NCBI GenBank assembly: GCA_964016885.1
Contig: OZ024752.1
Location: 6,324,001 to 6,388,000, forward strand
From: Eledone cirrhosa
Taxonomy: Eukaryota
Reading direction: 5' to 3'
Length of the DNA stretch: 64,000 bases
Made by a program: the position numbers and the translations under genes. Under the pieces are notes generated by a model, which made no database searches, had not been told where the DNA came from, and worked only from the letters and a program-made list of their open reading frames with translations. Within the stretch, counting starts at the first letter, position 1. Each line of letters starts with the position of its first letter. Below, one piece after another: positions 38,229 to 51,556 of the stretch.

Positions 38229-38419
38229 AGTATTGAAGTGTTTAGAAGTAGTAATTGTCAACTGCTGTTATTGTTTGTCAACAGATTATTGACTAACATA
38301 CAGACTCTATAAAGAATCCTAGTTTGAACAATGAACGGTGTTTACAAGCAGATTGTTTCTTGTCAGTTTTAACCAATTGTTTGGCAAGCTTTCTATGGCT
38401 GGATGTTCATCTTGTTGCA

Positions 38420-38581
38420 TAGGTGTCATGACAAAAGGTCCCCAGCCCACACTGTAAAGTGGTTGGTGTTAGGAGGGACATCCAGCTGTAGAAACCAAGC
38501 CAGAAACAGTTCTGGTGGGACAACCTGCCTAACCCATGCTAGTGTGGAAAATGGACGTAAAACAGTGATGATGATGATGAT
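38420..38581 (+). mobile_element. RTE 3'-tail fragment
   Basis: cagcccacactgtaaagtggttggtgttagga...aacccatgctagtgtggaaaatggacgtaaaac(gat)n. Confidence 0.8.
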
Positions 38582-38927
38582 ATATATATATATATATATA
38601 TATATAGTGTTCAGTAAAAGTTGTTTTGGTAAAAAACAGGATACATACATATATATATATTTCACCACTGTTAAACCTGACACTAACCAACAGCTCATTA
38701 GTCAATAACACCAACTAATAGTTGACTTCAGTTTCAGGATGTTAAACGTTGATCCTACATTAAATATAACAACAAAGCTATTCTAAGCCTGACTTCCAGA
38801 TTTATCGACATCATTAAGTGGTGAGCTAGAAACACAAACCAATTACTTCACATTTCCTTAACCTTTTTATCAGAGCAAACTGACCACCCCTCCGTTCTAT
38901 AAGTCCAGTAGGTAAGTCGTAGTTTGT

Positions 38928-39318
38928 TTTGTGTCATGACAAAAAGCGGCCTGTCCACACAGTAAAATGGCCGTGATGGTGTCACAACAAAAGGTTCTCA
39001 GTCCACTTTGTAGAGTGGTCATGCTGGTTTCATGACAAAAGGTACCCAGTCCACACTGTAAAGTGATCATGATGGTTACACGACAAAAAGTACCTAGTCC
39101 ACACTGTAAAGTGGTTGTGTCGGTGCCATGATAAAAAGCACCCTGTCAACACTGTAAATGTGGTTGGCCGTTAGGAAGAGCATCCAGCCATAGAAACCAA
39201 GCCAGAAATAGTTCTGTATGAACTAGACACGATCATCTGATCTGACTTATCTAATGAGACACCTTGTCTAACCCATACTAGCGAGGAAAAATGGACGTTA
39301 AATGATGATGATGATGAT
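38928..39318 (+). mobile_element. RTE 3'-tail fragment with about 5 copies of the 48-bp unit
   Basis: Diverged 48-mers followed by the conserved tail and (GAT)n. Confidence 0.8.
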
Positions 39319-39359
39319 TTTAAGTAGAAAAAGGTACAACCTATACACAAGTATTATTA

Positions 39360-39730
39360 ATTGGCAGTATCGGTAGAGAGTCGGACGCCATGCTTTCTAG
39401 CATAGTTACGTCCCTTTACAGTCTGAGTTCAAATCCCACCGAGGTTAACTTTGCCTTTCATCCTTACGGGGTCGATAAAATAAAGTACCAGTAATGTACT
39501 GGGTAATTGCTGGCCTTGTGCCTAAAGTAGAAACTATTATTATATACAGGATTGGCAATATTGGTAGATTGTCAGACGTTTTGTGGCATAGAGTTACGAC
39601 CCTTTGCACTCTGAGTTCAAATCCCGCTGAGATTAGGTTTGCCTTTTATCCCTACAGGGTTGATAAAATAAAATACCAGTAATGTATTGGGGTTGATTGT
39701 TGGCCTTCTGCCTAAATCAGAAATCATTAT
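39360..39730 (+). mobile_element. Two tandem SINE family A copies
   Basis: 39360-39543 and 39552-39730, each with a head, B box, core and tail. Confidence 0.85.
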
Positions 39731-39941
39731 ATACATATATATACATATATACATATGGATGTCCAGAGCTCTGCCGTCGGGGTCCTGAACCTTTTTCCTA
39801 TTACCCACTCTACTACCCAAAGTATTGAGTACTCTGGTGCGTTATGGTCCATCTGGTTCCTTACCACACTTCCTTTGTTATATATATATATATTCTATAC
39901 AGTATATACAGCATATAAAAACTGTTTTTCTTTCTTTTCAG

Positions 39942-42900
39942 ATTCTTTATCATCAATGTCAGACAGGTCGAAAGAAGACAAAACATCTGGTATATATATA
40001 CATCCCACTACATCTGGTATATATATACATCCCACTACATCTGGTATATATATACATCCCACTACATCTGATATATATATACATCCCACATCTGGTATAT
40101 ATATACATCCCACTACATCTGATATATATATACATCCCACTACATCTGATATATATATACATCCCACTACATCTGATATATATATACATCCCACTACATC
40201 TGATATATATATACATCCCACATCTGGTATATATATACATCCCACATCTGGTATATATATACATCCCACTGACAAAGTATCATCTGCTGATACACAGTTT
40301 TCTAGTTTCCCACAAACTCAACCGAAACCATCATCTCAGAAATATCGGCCATCTTCTAGTCTTTCTTATTTCCAGTCTAGTTCATCTCTTTCATTTCACC
40401 CAAATAATTTACAGACGAAAGCTCCTTCAATTTCTCTTGCGTCGTCTTTAGTCGAAGCTTTTCTTTCAATTTCAATGTTTCATAGTTTTGTAAAAATTGA
40501 AAATATAAATAGTTCAGGTACCACTGAAATACCACACACTGATGATCATGATGATGATAGCACCAATTCTGACATACAACCACTTGATGACTTCTCCACA
40601 TCTAATTCTCGATCATTTAATTCAACTGGCCAAATTTTCAAATCTATTTCCGTTTCACAAAATTTCAATGATTCCATTATATTAGAAAGTTCCCCTGTTG
40701 CTAAAATCGAACCCTCAATGAAAGAAGAGAAAAGTCATCAAAATAAATTAGAGAAACTAATATATACCAGTTTTACTGCAGTTGATTCGGTAGATATGAG
40801 CAAAACATTGTTGAATATAAATACTTTATACACACAGAGCCTTAATCACCAGTTAAACATCCAGTATAATTCAGAGTTTCAAATTGATGAAATAATATCA
40901 GAATCAAAAATATCAACATCTTCTGTTAAATCATTGACATCTTATATAACTCCTGTATTTACCAAAGACAAACTTCTCTCAAGAATGCAAACTCTGTCAG
41001 GTTTTGGAGAGAAATATTCAAGTGACAAGGATATTAATACGTTATCTACATCGGAAAATTTTATATCTGAAAAGTCAGCTCTTTCCTCTAACAAGAAAGA
41101 GAATATCTATAGAGCTCTGTTTAATTCCAGCCATCCAATGCAGTGGGATGAATATAGAACAGAGAGTATCTTACCATCTCAATATGAAATATCAACTTAC
41201 CAAACTAAACTATATGCTATTCCTTCAGAAAACCATATTTCTCAAATAACTGACAAGGAAAGTTTTTATTTAATCAACAAAACTGAAATATTTCTATACA
41301 GTCACTCAAAACCTCATCAAAGTGCAATATCCCACAGTTATTCTACATCATCTAAAGATTCTAACAAAACTGATAAACCATTTTCTCAGTTCAACTCATC
41401 TGTATCAGGAAATACTTCATCCTTTATTAATAATCAAACTTCTTCAATTTTCATAAAACCCAACACCAAGCCTTCATTTGACCCCAGTTTTTTACAGCAG
41501 TCTAAATTTATTCAACCAACTACGTCTCATTTGATCTCAGCCTATTTAGATGAATCTCAGATATTTGACCTTGAAGGACGTCTATATATGTCAACCTATT
41601 TAGATGAATCTCAGATATTTGACAGTGAAGGACGTCTATATATGTCAACCCTTGCCGGTGAAGGACTTCTATATATGTCAACCCTTGCCATTGGACCCAC
41701 AAAACAAACAAAAACAAAAAGCAGTTTTTTAAACTCTGGTTTTCATTACTTGAAATTAAATTCCCCAAATTTGCATCAGTCTTTATACAATGATAAACAA
41801 ACATTGCTGTCGACATTTACTGAATTATTGGAGTCTGAAACAGCAGATATATCTAAGGAACATTTGAAATCAAACCCGGAGTTGGTGAAAATGGAATCAT
41901 CTGGAAGAAATCTTAGATATGACAATGATGGTTTAAATTTGCCAACATTAAGTGGCATAGACATTGTAAACCCTTCCCAGAATATGTTGCAATATTTGTT
42001 ACAGAGTTTGTATACAAAGTCTGTGACAATGGCTGAAGTTGGTGGAAAAGAGTCATCATCATTACTAAATATAGAAATATTAGCTCCATCTGAGACTGTA
42101 AGTTTAGCTAATGTTGAAGACAGTTTACTTTCAACTACACAAAATGTTTATCAATCATTTGTGTCTTTAGAAACGACCAATGTACAGAATTTCATGACTA
42201 CTTCAGAAGAAGAAGAATTCTATTTGCTAGATTCATTTCTTTCATTAAATACAGATCTGTCTCATTACAAAGAACTTTTACAACCATCTATGTACACATA
42301 TATTCCTTATACAGAATTGTCCCAACAGTCTATGGCATCTTCACAGATCAAGATATCATCATCTCCCCAAAAATCACTTATTCCTGATATTATAGAGAAT
42401 TATTCTTCACTCTATATGAAAAATAATTACTCAAAATCTGAACATACATTTCAAACAATTACAGAAGATTTAATATACCCATCAGTTAGACTGCCTGAGT
42501 CAAATATGTTAAGTGAAGACTACGAGAGTAATATTCCTGATACCTTAGACCAAGGGTTTGATATTAGTACCACTTTGAGAGATTCCTCAGATATATCTTA
42601 TGTTGAAGCACAAAGTTCGGAAGATTCTCTCATTTCAAGTTTTATTGAAACATTTAAAAATTCTGTCTTTAACTTATATCCAACAAGCTCTTTAGTTTCA
42701 GAAACCCCCGAAATTACTTATTTTTCTACAGCTTCATTACCTTTAACAACATTCCAGAGGTTAATTAGTTTATCTTTGACACCTGAAATAATTTCTTCAA
42801 ATAGTTTTCTGCATTATTCCATTGAGTCAAGTGATTTAAGTTATTTATCATATTCTTCTGAAATAGTTGAACCATCTTCGTTAATTTATCATCAGGTGAC

Positions 42901-44759
42901 AGAAGGATCAACAATAATTACAACTCCAATCTTTGTTGACGTCACAGCATCAGATTTCAAATATTTGACATCATCTGCACAGTTTTATAATGAAGATGCT
43001 TCCATATCGATATCATCCTATTCTAGTGATTCAGTTAACCCTATTTATGATTCTTCTATGATAGATGTTGCTGTCACTAACCCTGTCACAGTAGACACTA
43101 CATCAACAAACAACTCTGTCACACTAGACACTACATCAACAAACAACCCTGTCACACTAGACACTACATCAACAAACAACCCTGTCACACTAGACACTAC
43201 ATCAGCAAACAACCCTGTCACACTAGACACTACATCAACAAACAACCCTGTCACACTAGACACTACATCAACAAACAACCCTGTCACAGTAGACACTACA
43301 TCAACAACCAACTCTGTCACAGTAGACACTACATCAACAACCAACTCTGTCACACTAGACACTACATCAACAAACAACCCTGTCACACTAGACACTACAT
43401 CAACAAACAACCCTGTCACACTAGACACTACATCAACAAACAACCCTGTCACAGTAGACACTACATCAACAACCAACTCTGTCACACTAGACACTACATC
43501 AACAAACAACCCTGTCACACTAGACACTACATCAACAAACAACCCTGTCACACTAGACACTACATCAACAAACAACTCTGTCACACTAGACACTACATCA
43601 ACAAACAACCCTGTCACACTAGACACTACATCAACAAACAACTCTGTCACACTAGACACTACATCAACAAACAACCCTGTCACACTAGACACTACATCAA
43701 CAAACAACCCTGTCACACTAGACACTACATCAACAAACAACTCTGTCACACTAGACACTACATCAACAAACAACTCTGTCACACTAGACACTACATCAAC
43801 AAACAACCCTGTCACACTAGACACTACATCAACAAACAACCCTGTCACAGTAGACACTACATCAACAACCAACTCTGTCACACTAGACACTACATCAACA
43901 ACCAACTCTGTCACACTAGACACTACATCAACAAACAACCCTGTCACACTAGACACTACATCAACAAACAACCCTGTCACACTAGACACTACATCAACAA
44001 ACAACTCTGTCACACTAGACACTACATCAACAAACAACTCTGTCACACTAGACACTACATCAACAAACAACTCTGTCACACTAGACACTACATCAACAAA
44101 CAACTCTGTCACACTAGACACTACATCAACAAACAACCCTGTCACACTAGACACTACATCAACAAACAACTCTGTCACACTAGACACTACATCAACAAAC
44201 AACTCTGTCACAGTAAATACAATGTCATCAATCTCATCCAATTTTAGTGATTCAATAAACATATATGATTCATCTACAATAAATGTTCCTGTCATCAACC
44301 CTGAGACATTAAATACAATGTCATCAACTCTACACTCTTATATTTACTCCCAGCCTATATATACACATTTAACACTAGAATCTCTTTATCTATATACATC
44401 CCAGACACCTATATATGTGTCTTCAAGTTTCATCAGTAAAAATAATTTCAGTGAGAGCCTTACCTCTGATATGTCCAACTCTGATCTATTCTCTCCAAAC
44501 TATTTAACCATTCTGTTTAAACCAACGATGGCATCAACAGAAATGGTAACATTATTAAATTCTATCTTAGAATCAGTTTCTATAAATATGTCAGTAACAC
44601 ATAATATCTCGGAACCAAAGAGTGCTGGAACTACAGAAAATAGTAGCTCAATTGTTAAAACTGGAGTCTATATTCCTAGTTTCTCTGTAACTGAAACAGT
44701 TTCTCACCAATTACACCTTAACAACAGCATCTACTTTCAACATTTCTGGATTGTTACAA
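39942..44759 (+). CDS. KIAA1549: KIAA1549-like giant exon: Ser/Thr-rich mucin-like ectodomain (1606 codons)
   Basis: Lies within ORF 39755..44782, mostly non-repetitive and stop-free despite the AT-rich composition. Acceptor ttctttcttttcag|AT, donor ACAA|gtaagt, phase 1 at both ends; ends ...FQHFWIVT. Confidence 0.88.
39983..40270 (+). repeat. Coding 27/24-bp repeat (TS[G/D]IYIHP[T])
   Basis: acatctggtatatatatacatcccact, about 11 copies, in frame. Confidence 0.9.
43072..44215 (+). repeat. Coding 33-bp VNTR (N[P/S]VT[L/V]DTTST[N/T]), ~34 units
   Basis: aaccctgtcacactagacactacatcaacaaac, in frame within the giant exon. Confidence 0.95.
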
Positions 44760-45124
44760 GTAAGTCAATTCTTCTCTCATAACTTTCTTTACTTTGGCAG
44801 ATAAAGACTCCTCCCCCGTCCGTTTTTTTTACTGCTTAGTCAGAGAATCAGCTGAAGGTGCATGGCCCAGTGGTTAAGCTGTTGAACTTACAATTGTAAT
44901 ACCATGGGTTTGATTTCTAGACTGGGTGGTGGGTTATGTTCTGGAGCAAATCACTTCATTTTACCTTGCACCAATCAATCCAGGTGAAAATAAGTACCAG
45001 CAGATGCAGCAATTGGAGTTTTACTCTACAGAGAACTAGCATCATATCCAGGGGGAAATCTTACTCAGTCTCTTAATGCCAATGAAACCAGGATTTGCTT
45101 TGGCCTGAAAAATCTCTAGGCTTG

Positions 45125-48100
45125 GGTGGTAGGGACAGTAGAATCACTAGTGTAGGGTTCAATAATCCTTCTGAGGTTTACACCCTGGGGGGTAGGGACA
45201 GTAGAATCACTAGTGTAGGGTTCAATAATCCTTCTGAGGTTTACACCCTGAGGGGTAGGGACAGTAGAATCATTAGTGTAGGGTTCAATAATCCTTCTGA
45301 GGTTTACACCCTGGGGGGTAGGGACAGTAGAATCATTAGTGTAGGGTTCAATAATCCTTCTGAGGTTTACACCCTGAGGGGTAGGGACAGTAGAATCATT
45401 AGTGTAGGGTTCAATAATCCTTCTGAGGTTTACACCCTGGGGGGTAGGGACAGTAGAATCATTAGTGTAGGGTTCAATAATCCTTCTGAGGTTTACACCC
45501 TGAGGGGTAGGGACAGTAGAATCACTAGTGTAGGGTTCAATCATCCTTCTGAGGTTTACACCCTGAGGGGTAGGGACAGTAGAATCATTAGTGTAGGGTT
45601 CAATAATCCTTCTGAGGTTTACACCCTGAGGGGTAGGGACAGTAGAATCACTAGTGTAGGGTTCAATAATCCTTCTGAGGTTTACACCCTGAGGGGTAGG
45701 GACAGTAGAATCACTAGTGTAGGGTTCAATAATCCTTCTGAGGTTTACACCCTGGGGGGTAGGGACAGTAGAATCACTAGTGTAGGGTTCAATAATCCTT
45801 CTGAGGTTTACACCCTGGGGGGTAGGGACAGTAGAATCATTAGTGTAGGGTTCAATAATCCTTCTGAGGTTTACACCCTGAGGGGTAGGGACAGTAGAAT
45901 CATTAGTGTAGGGTTCAATAATCCTTCTGAGGTTTACACCCTGGGGGGTAGGGACAGTAGAATCACTAGTGTAGGGTTCAATAATCCTTCTGAGGTTTAC
46001 ACCCTGGGGGGTAGGGACAGTAGAATCATTAGTGTAGGGTTCAATAATCCTTCTGAGGTTTACACCCTGAGGGGTAGGGACAGTAGAATCATTAGTGTAG
46101 GGTTCAATAATCCTTCTGAGGTTTACACCCTGGGGGGTAGGGACAGTAGAATCACTAGTGTAGGGTTCAATAATCCTTCTGAGGTTTACACCCTGAGGGG
46201 TAGGGACAGTAGAATCACTTGTGTAGGGTTCAATCATCCTTCTGAGGTTTACACCCTGAGGGGTAGGGACAGTAGAATCAGTAGTGTAGGGTTCAATAAT
46301 CCTTCTGAGGTTTACACCCTGGGGGGTAGGGACAGTAGAATCAGTAGTGTAGGGTTCAATAATCCTTCTGAGGTTTACACCCTGAGGGGTAGGGACAGTA
46401 GAATCAGTAGTGTAGGGTTCAATAATCCTTCTGAGGTTTACACCCTGAGGGGTAGGGACAGTAGAATCAGTAGTGTAGGGTTCAATAATCCTTCTGAGGT
46501 TTACACCCTGAGGGGTAGGGACAGTAGAATCAGTAGTGTAGGGTTCAATAATCCTTCTGAGGTTTACACCCTGAGGGGTAGGGACAGTAGAATCAGTAGT
46601 GTAGGGTTCAATAATCCTTCTGAGGTTTACACCCTGAGGGGTAGGGACAGTAGAATCAGTAGTGTAGGGTTCAATAATCCTTCTGAGGTTTACACCCTGA
46701 GGGGTAGGGACAGTAGAATCAGTAGTGTAGGGTTCAATAATCCTTCTGAGGTTTACACCCTGAGGGGTAGGGACAGTAGAATCAGTAGTGTAGGGTTCAA
46801 TAATCCTTCTGAGGTTTACACCCTGAGGGGTAGGGACAGTAGAATCAGTAGTGTAGGGTTCAATAATCCTTCTGAGGTTTACACCCTGAGGGGTAGGGAC
46901 AGTAGAATCAGTAGTGTAGGGTTCAATAATCCTTCTGAGGTTTACACCCTGAGGGGTAGGGACAGTAGAATCAGTAGTGTAGGGTTCAATAATCCTGAGG
47001 TTTACACCCTGAGGGGTAGGGACAGTAGAATCAGTAGTGTAGGGTTCAATAATCCTTCTGAGGTTTACACCCTGAGGGGTAGGGACAGTAGAATCACTAG
47101 TGTAGGGTTCAATAATCCTTCTGAGGTTTACACCCTGAGGGGTAGGGACAGTAGAATCAGTAGTGTAGGGTTCAATAATCCTTCTGAGGTTTACACCCTG
47201 AGGGGTAGGGACAGTAGAATCAGTAGTGTAGGGTTCAATAATCCTTCTGAGGTTTACACCCTGAGGGGTAGGGACAGTAGAATCAGTAGTGTAGGGTTCA
47301 ATAATCCTTCTGAGGTTTACACCCTGAGGGGTAGGGACAGTAGAATCAGTAGTGTAGGGTTCAATAATCCTTCTGAGGTTTACACCCTGAGGGGTAGGGA
47401 CAGTAGAATCAGTAGTGTAGGGTTCAATAATCCTTCTGAGGTTTACACCCTGAGGGGTAGGGACAGTAGAATCAGTAGTGTAGGGTTCAATAATCCTTCT
47501 GAGGTTTACACCCTGAGGGGTAGGGACAGTAGAATCAGTAGTGTAGGGTTCAATTATCCTTCTGAGGTTTACACCCTGGGGGGTAGGGAGAGTAGAATCA
47601 CTTGTGTAGGGTTCAATAATCCTTCTGAGGGGTAGGGACAGTAGAATCACTAGTGTAGGGTTCAATAATCCTTCTGAGGGGTAGGGACAGTAGAATCACT
47701 AGTGTAGGGTTCAATAATCCTTCTGAGGTTTACACCCTGGGGGGTAGGGAGAGTAGAATCACTTGTGTAGGGTTCAATAATCCTTCTGAGGGGTAGGGAC
47801 AGTAGAATCACTAGTGTAGGGTTCAATAATCCTTCTGAGGTTTACACCCTGAGGGGTAGGGACAGTAGAATCAGTAGTGTAGGGTTCAATAATCCTTCTG
47901 AGGTTTACACCCTGAGGGGTAGGGACAGTAGAATCAGTAGTGTAGGGTTCAATAATCCTTCTGAGGTTTACACCCTGAGGGGTAGGGACAGTAGAATCAG
48001 TAGTGTAGGGTTCAATTATCCTTCTGAGGTTTACACCCTGGGGGGTAGGGAGAGTAGAATCACTTGTGTAGGGTTCAATAATCCTTCTGAGGGGTAGGGA

Positions 48101-48533
48101 CAGTAGAATCACTAGTGTAGGGTTCAATAATCCTTCTGAGGTTTACACCCTGAGGGGTAGGGACAGTAGAATCACTTGTGTAGGGTTCAATAATCCTTCT
48201 GAGGTTTACACCCTGAGGGGTAGGGACAGTAGAATCAGTAGTGTAGGGTTCAATTATCCTTCTGAGGTTTACACCCTGGGGGGTAGGGAGAGTAGAATCA
48301 CTTGTGTAGGGTTCAATAATCCTTCTGAGGGGTAGGGACAGTAGAATCACTAGTGTAGGGTTCAATAATCCTTCTGAGGGGTAGGGACAGTAGAATCACT
48401 AGTGTAGGGTTCAATAATCCTTCTGAGGTTTACACCCTGGGGGGTAGGGACAGTAGAATCACTAGTGTAGGGTTCAATAATCCTTCTGAGGTTTACACCC
48501 TGGGGGGTAGGGACAGTAGAATCACTAGTGTAG
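45125..48533. repeat. Intronic 63-bp minisatellite (~54 units)
   Basis: Unit ggggtagggacagtagaatcagtagtgtagggttcaataatccttctgaggtttacaccctga; shortened variants appear after ~47620. Confidence 0.97.
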
Positions 48534-48564
48534 CTATCTCATCATCCACTATTTTCTGTTTCAG

Positions 48565-48740
48565 TAATTAAAGTCGGCAGTAATGTCAATATAAACACAG
48601 CTGAATTCAAGGAAGACATGGAGGAACGTTTGGCCAGGAGTTACGTGGAGGCCTACAGAAGAGGGGAACACATCATGAATGGAACTTATCAACCCATTCG
48701 CAGGAAACGGTTTGCTTTTGTAAAAGACGTTGCTTTAGAA
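48565..48740 (+). CDS. KIAA1549: KIAA1549-like exon: SEA-like module part 1 with RRKR
   Basis: ttttctgtttcag| (I)IKVGSNVNINTAEFKEDMEERLARSYVEAYRRGEHIMNGTYQPIRRKRFAFVKDVALE |gtaagt; phase 1 to 0. Resembles the KIAA1549 F.A.MERKLA segment. Confidence 0.9.
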
Positions 48741-48794
48741 GTAAGTTATGTTTTAATTACATTCATTTACCTTTTAAATTAAATTATCATCATC

Positions 48795-49180
48795 ATGGTT
48801 GTGCTGGTGACTTGAGAAAAAGCACCTAGTCTGCCTTGTAAGGTGGTTAGTCATGCTTGCTGGCATGATAAAATGCGCCGAGGTCACCCTGTAAAGTGGT
48901 CATTTTGGGTCCACGATAAAAACCTTCCAGTCAAATCTGACTGTTGGTCATTTTGGCACCACGATAAAAAGCACCCAGTTCAACCTGTCAGTTGGTTGTT
49001 TTGGTGCAACAATAAAAAGTACCCAGTCCACACTGTAAAGTGGTTGGTGTCAGGAAGGCCATCCAGCTGTAGAAACGAAGCCAGAAACAGTTCTGTATGA
49101 GCAAGACATGGACATCTGATCTGACTTGTCTCACAACAGGACAACTCATCTAACCCATGCTAGTGTGGAAACTTGGATGG
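48795..49180 (+). mobile_element. RTE 3'-tail fragment with diverged 48-bp units
   Basis: Same tail motifs as the LINE 3'UTR. Confidence 0.75.
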
Positions 49181-49398
49181 TAGACTTAACCTGTCACCCA
49201 ATTTAATACACCTGACCCTTGGGTATCTTTAGCAGACCCCACTCTGTTGCAAGCATTCAGGCCAAGTGGTCAGTTTGAAGACAATTTCCTCCCACCCTCA
49301 CACCAGTCTTAGAAACCTTGGTTAAACAATAAAAGAAAAAAATACATTTGAAGGTTACAGTGTTTTGTTTGTGTAAACTAAAGTGTGTTCTGTTTCAG

Positions 49399-49573
49399 AT
49401 AATGAGGATAATACACCCTAATCGCAGACTCTCCAATAATGTAAGTCTGGTGTATTATATGGAGAAGAATGGTAAACCAGTTCCAGCTGAAGAAGCTATA
49501 AAACACCTGAATCTTATCCAAGTCCAAGAACTTGCCATCTATCTTAACCATGTTGTTGTTTCAAGAGCTGAAT
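49399..49573 (+). CDS. KIAA1549: KIAA1549-like exon: SEA-like module part 2
   Basis: tgtttcag| IMRIIHPNRRLSNNVSLVYYMEKNGKPVPAEEAIKHLNLIQVQELAIYLNHVVVSRAE T|gtaaga; phase 0 to 1. Confidence 0.92.
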
Positions 49574-49828
49574 GTAAGACAATTTAAAGTTTACTTTTCT
49601 TAATAATTTCTTCCAAAGTTCTCTATCATGGCATTGCGAGTAGAGAGGCTTTCATGCCCATAACAAGATTAAAGTATTCCCTCCACCCTACAAGGTGATA
49701 ATGTAGGGTTGAGAGGACTCTTTAGTTATGTTGAGGGTATGGTGACCCCTATACTACTGGGGCTATGATAAATTAATTTGAAAGCATCAGTTCTTCCATA
49801 ATTAATTGAAATATAATATGTATGATAG

Positions 49829-50050
49829 TGAAGCCGTGTGGCTGAGTGGTTAGGGAATCAGATTCACAATCATGAGGTTGTGAGTTCGATTCCAGGATCG
49901 GGTGATGCGTTATGTCCTTGAGCAAGTCACTTTATTTCACGTTGTTCCTTCTGCCTGGTGTTGCACCCGATAGATAGTATTAGCAATTGGAAAGTCAAAT
50001 GGAAACATTGTTTCCTCGGTCCAATTTGACAAAAGTCGATCGCCAGTCAA
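49829..50050 (+). mobile_element. tRNA-derived SINE (family B head)
   Basis: gtgaagccgtgtggctgagtggttag...gagttcgattcc...ccttgagcaagtcactttatttcac. Confidence 0.75.
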
Positions 50051-50120
50051 TAATGTATGATATTTCATTAGAAATGCAGTCATGAAAAGTTTAACATTGC
50101 TGTGTTCCCTTCATTTTCAG

Positions 50121-50308
50121 CCTATCTGAAAGCCCCTCATGGAAAGGATTCTGAGAACTGGATCATCGGAGTTGTTCTGGGATCAGTGGCTATAGTCCTT
50201 CTCTTCATGTGGTGTGTTTTGTTTATATTCTTCAAATGTTTCCGACGTCCACCTTTGAAAATTCACCAAGAAAAATCTATCAATTCTCACATCACTCCTA
50301 CAATGCAG
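50121..50308 (+). CDS. KIAA1549: KIAA1549-like exon: transmembrane helix
   Basis: ttttcag| ...SENWIIGVVLGSVAIVLLFMWCVLFIFFKCFRRPP...TMQ |gtattg; phase 1 to 0; basic residues follow the TM. Confidence 0.92.
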
Positions 50309-51090
50309 GTATTGAGCACTCATTCAACTATTTATCTAGCCATTTATTTATATTTTTATATCAATTTAAACGTCCGTATAGAGCTAGTAAGCTGTGACAG
50401 GCTAGGGGGGGGGGTATTGAGTACTTCTTACAGTTGAGACACAAAAGACGTCCATATAGAGCTAGTAAGCCACGGCAGTCTAGAGGAAGTATCATGACAC
50501 CATCACTAACACTTTACAGAGTGGACTGGGTGTATTTTATTGTGACACCAGCACTACCACTTTACAGAGTGGACTGGGTATATTTAATCTCACCCATGCA
50601 CAATGTCATGCTTCTGCTTATATTATCATATTAGGTTGATATCAAATTAATGACCGTTTTTATTGATTATAGATTTATTCTACAATACAACAACAAACTA
50701 GAATCAAAAGATGTTTAAAAGATCTTTCTGGAACATAATTGCTGTCTACTTCAATAACTGCTTCCCATTTGTTTGACAAATTATTGATTTCATGTACAAA
50801 TCAGTGAAGATCTTTGGAAACAATCCATGTTTTGACATCACCTACAGGGTCATCTAAATTATTGTAAACTTTGCCCACCTGTCAATTTTTGACTGAATGA
50901 TTGATGTGATATTATGTAAGAACTTCAGTGGGGGTTGATGGGGTGGGAAAGCAATTCCCAGCCTTTGTCGTTGATTAATTTTATTACTTGCAGTCATTAA
51001 TTATACATCATCTCAATATATTTATTGAAGTTTAACTAAGCAATTCTTCATTGTAAAGTTGGTATTAAACTTATATTAAAAACTTTACAG

Positions 51091-51299
51091 GAAATCAAAC
51101 GTAACAACCCAGAGTTGGTGAGAGAGGAGATTATATTGAATGGGGAAAAACAAAGATCAGTTAAAGAGAGAGACAGACTCAGGAACCAAAATGACAAGGA
51201 GAGACATTTTGGCAATGACAGTCAAGATTATGTGAAAATTCCACTGCAAGAAATGCCAAGACCAAAGAAAAACAAGAAAAGTTCCAACAAAAAATCTTG
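51091..51299 (+). CDS. KIAA1549: KIAA1549-like cytoplasmic exon
   Basis: tttacag| EIKRNNPELVREE...KKSSNKKS TG|gttagt; phase 0 to 2. Confidence 0.82.
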
Positions 51300-51556
51300 G
51301 TTAGTAAACATCATCATTTAACATTGATTTTCTCTGCTAGCAAGGTTTGGATAGGTGTACAGTACTGCAGTGGGGCTACTGATCTCCCAGACATGGTCAA
51401 GGGATCTGTATTCTGCTTACATAGTCATATGTTCTAAAGTGCAGAGAAGTTGCATCTTTTGACACAAACAGAAGATATATATTTATATTTTTTTAAATCT
51501 GAATCATTTAAGCTTTTTATAACTATATTTTTAATGAAATACACTCAAGTAATTAA

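Noticed and set aside
38799-38911. Possible extra exon (ttccag ... ag|gtaagt)
   Set aside because: Stops in all frames compatible with the donor; could only be non-coding and is unsupported.
39755-39941. N-terminal 62 codons of the 1675-aa ORF
   Set aside because: Lies upstream of a strong acceptor at 39941 and includes TA microsatellite; likely intronic.
43045-44298. 417-aa Val-rich antisense ORF
   Set aside because: Shadow of the coding 33-bp VNTR on the + strand.
45095-47665. 846-aa and 849-aa ORFs on opposite strands
   Set aside because: Products of a 63-bp intronic array; the real exon chain splices 44759 to 48565.
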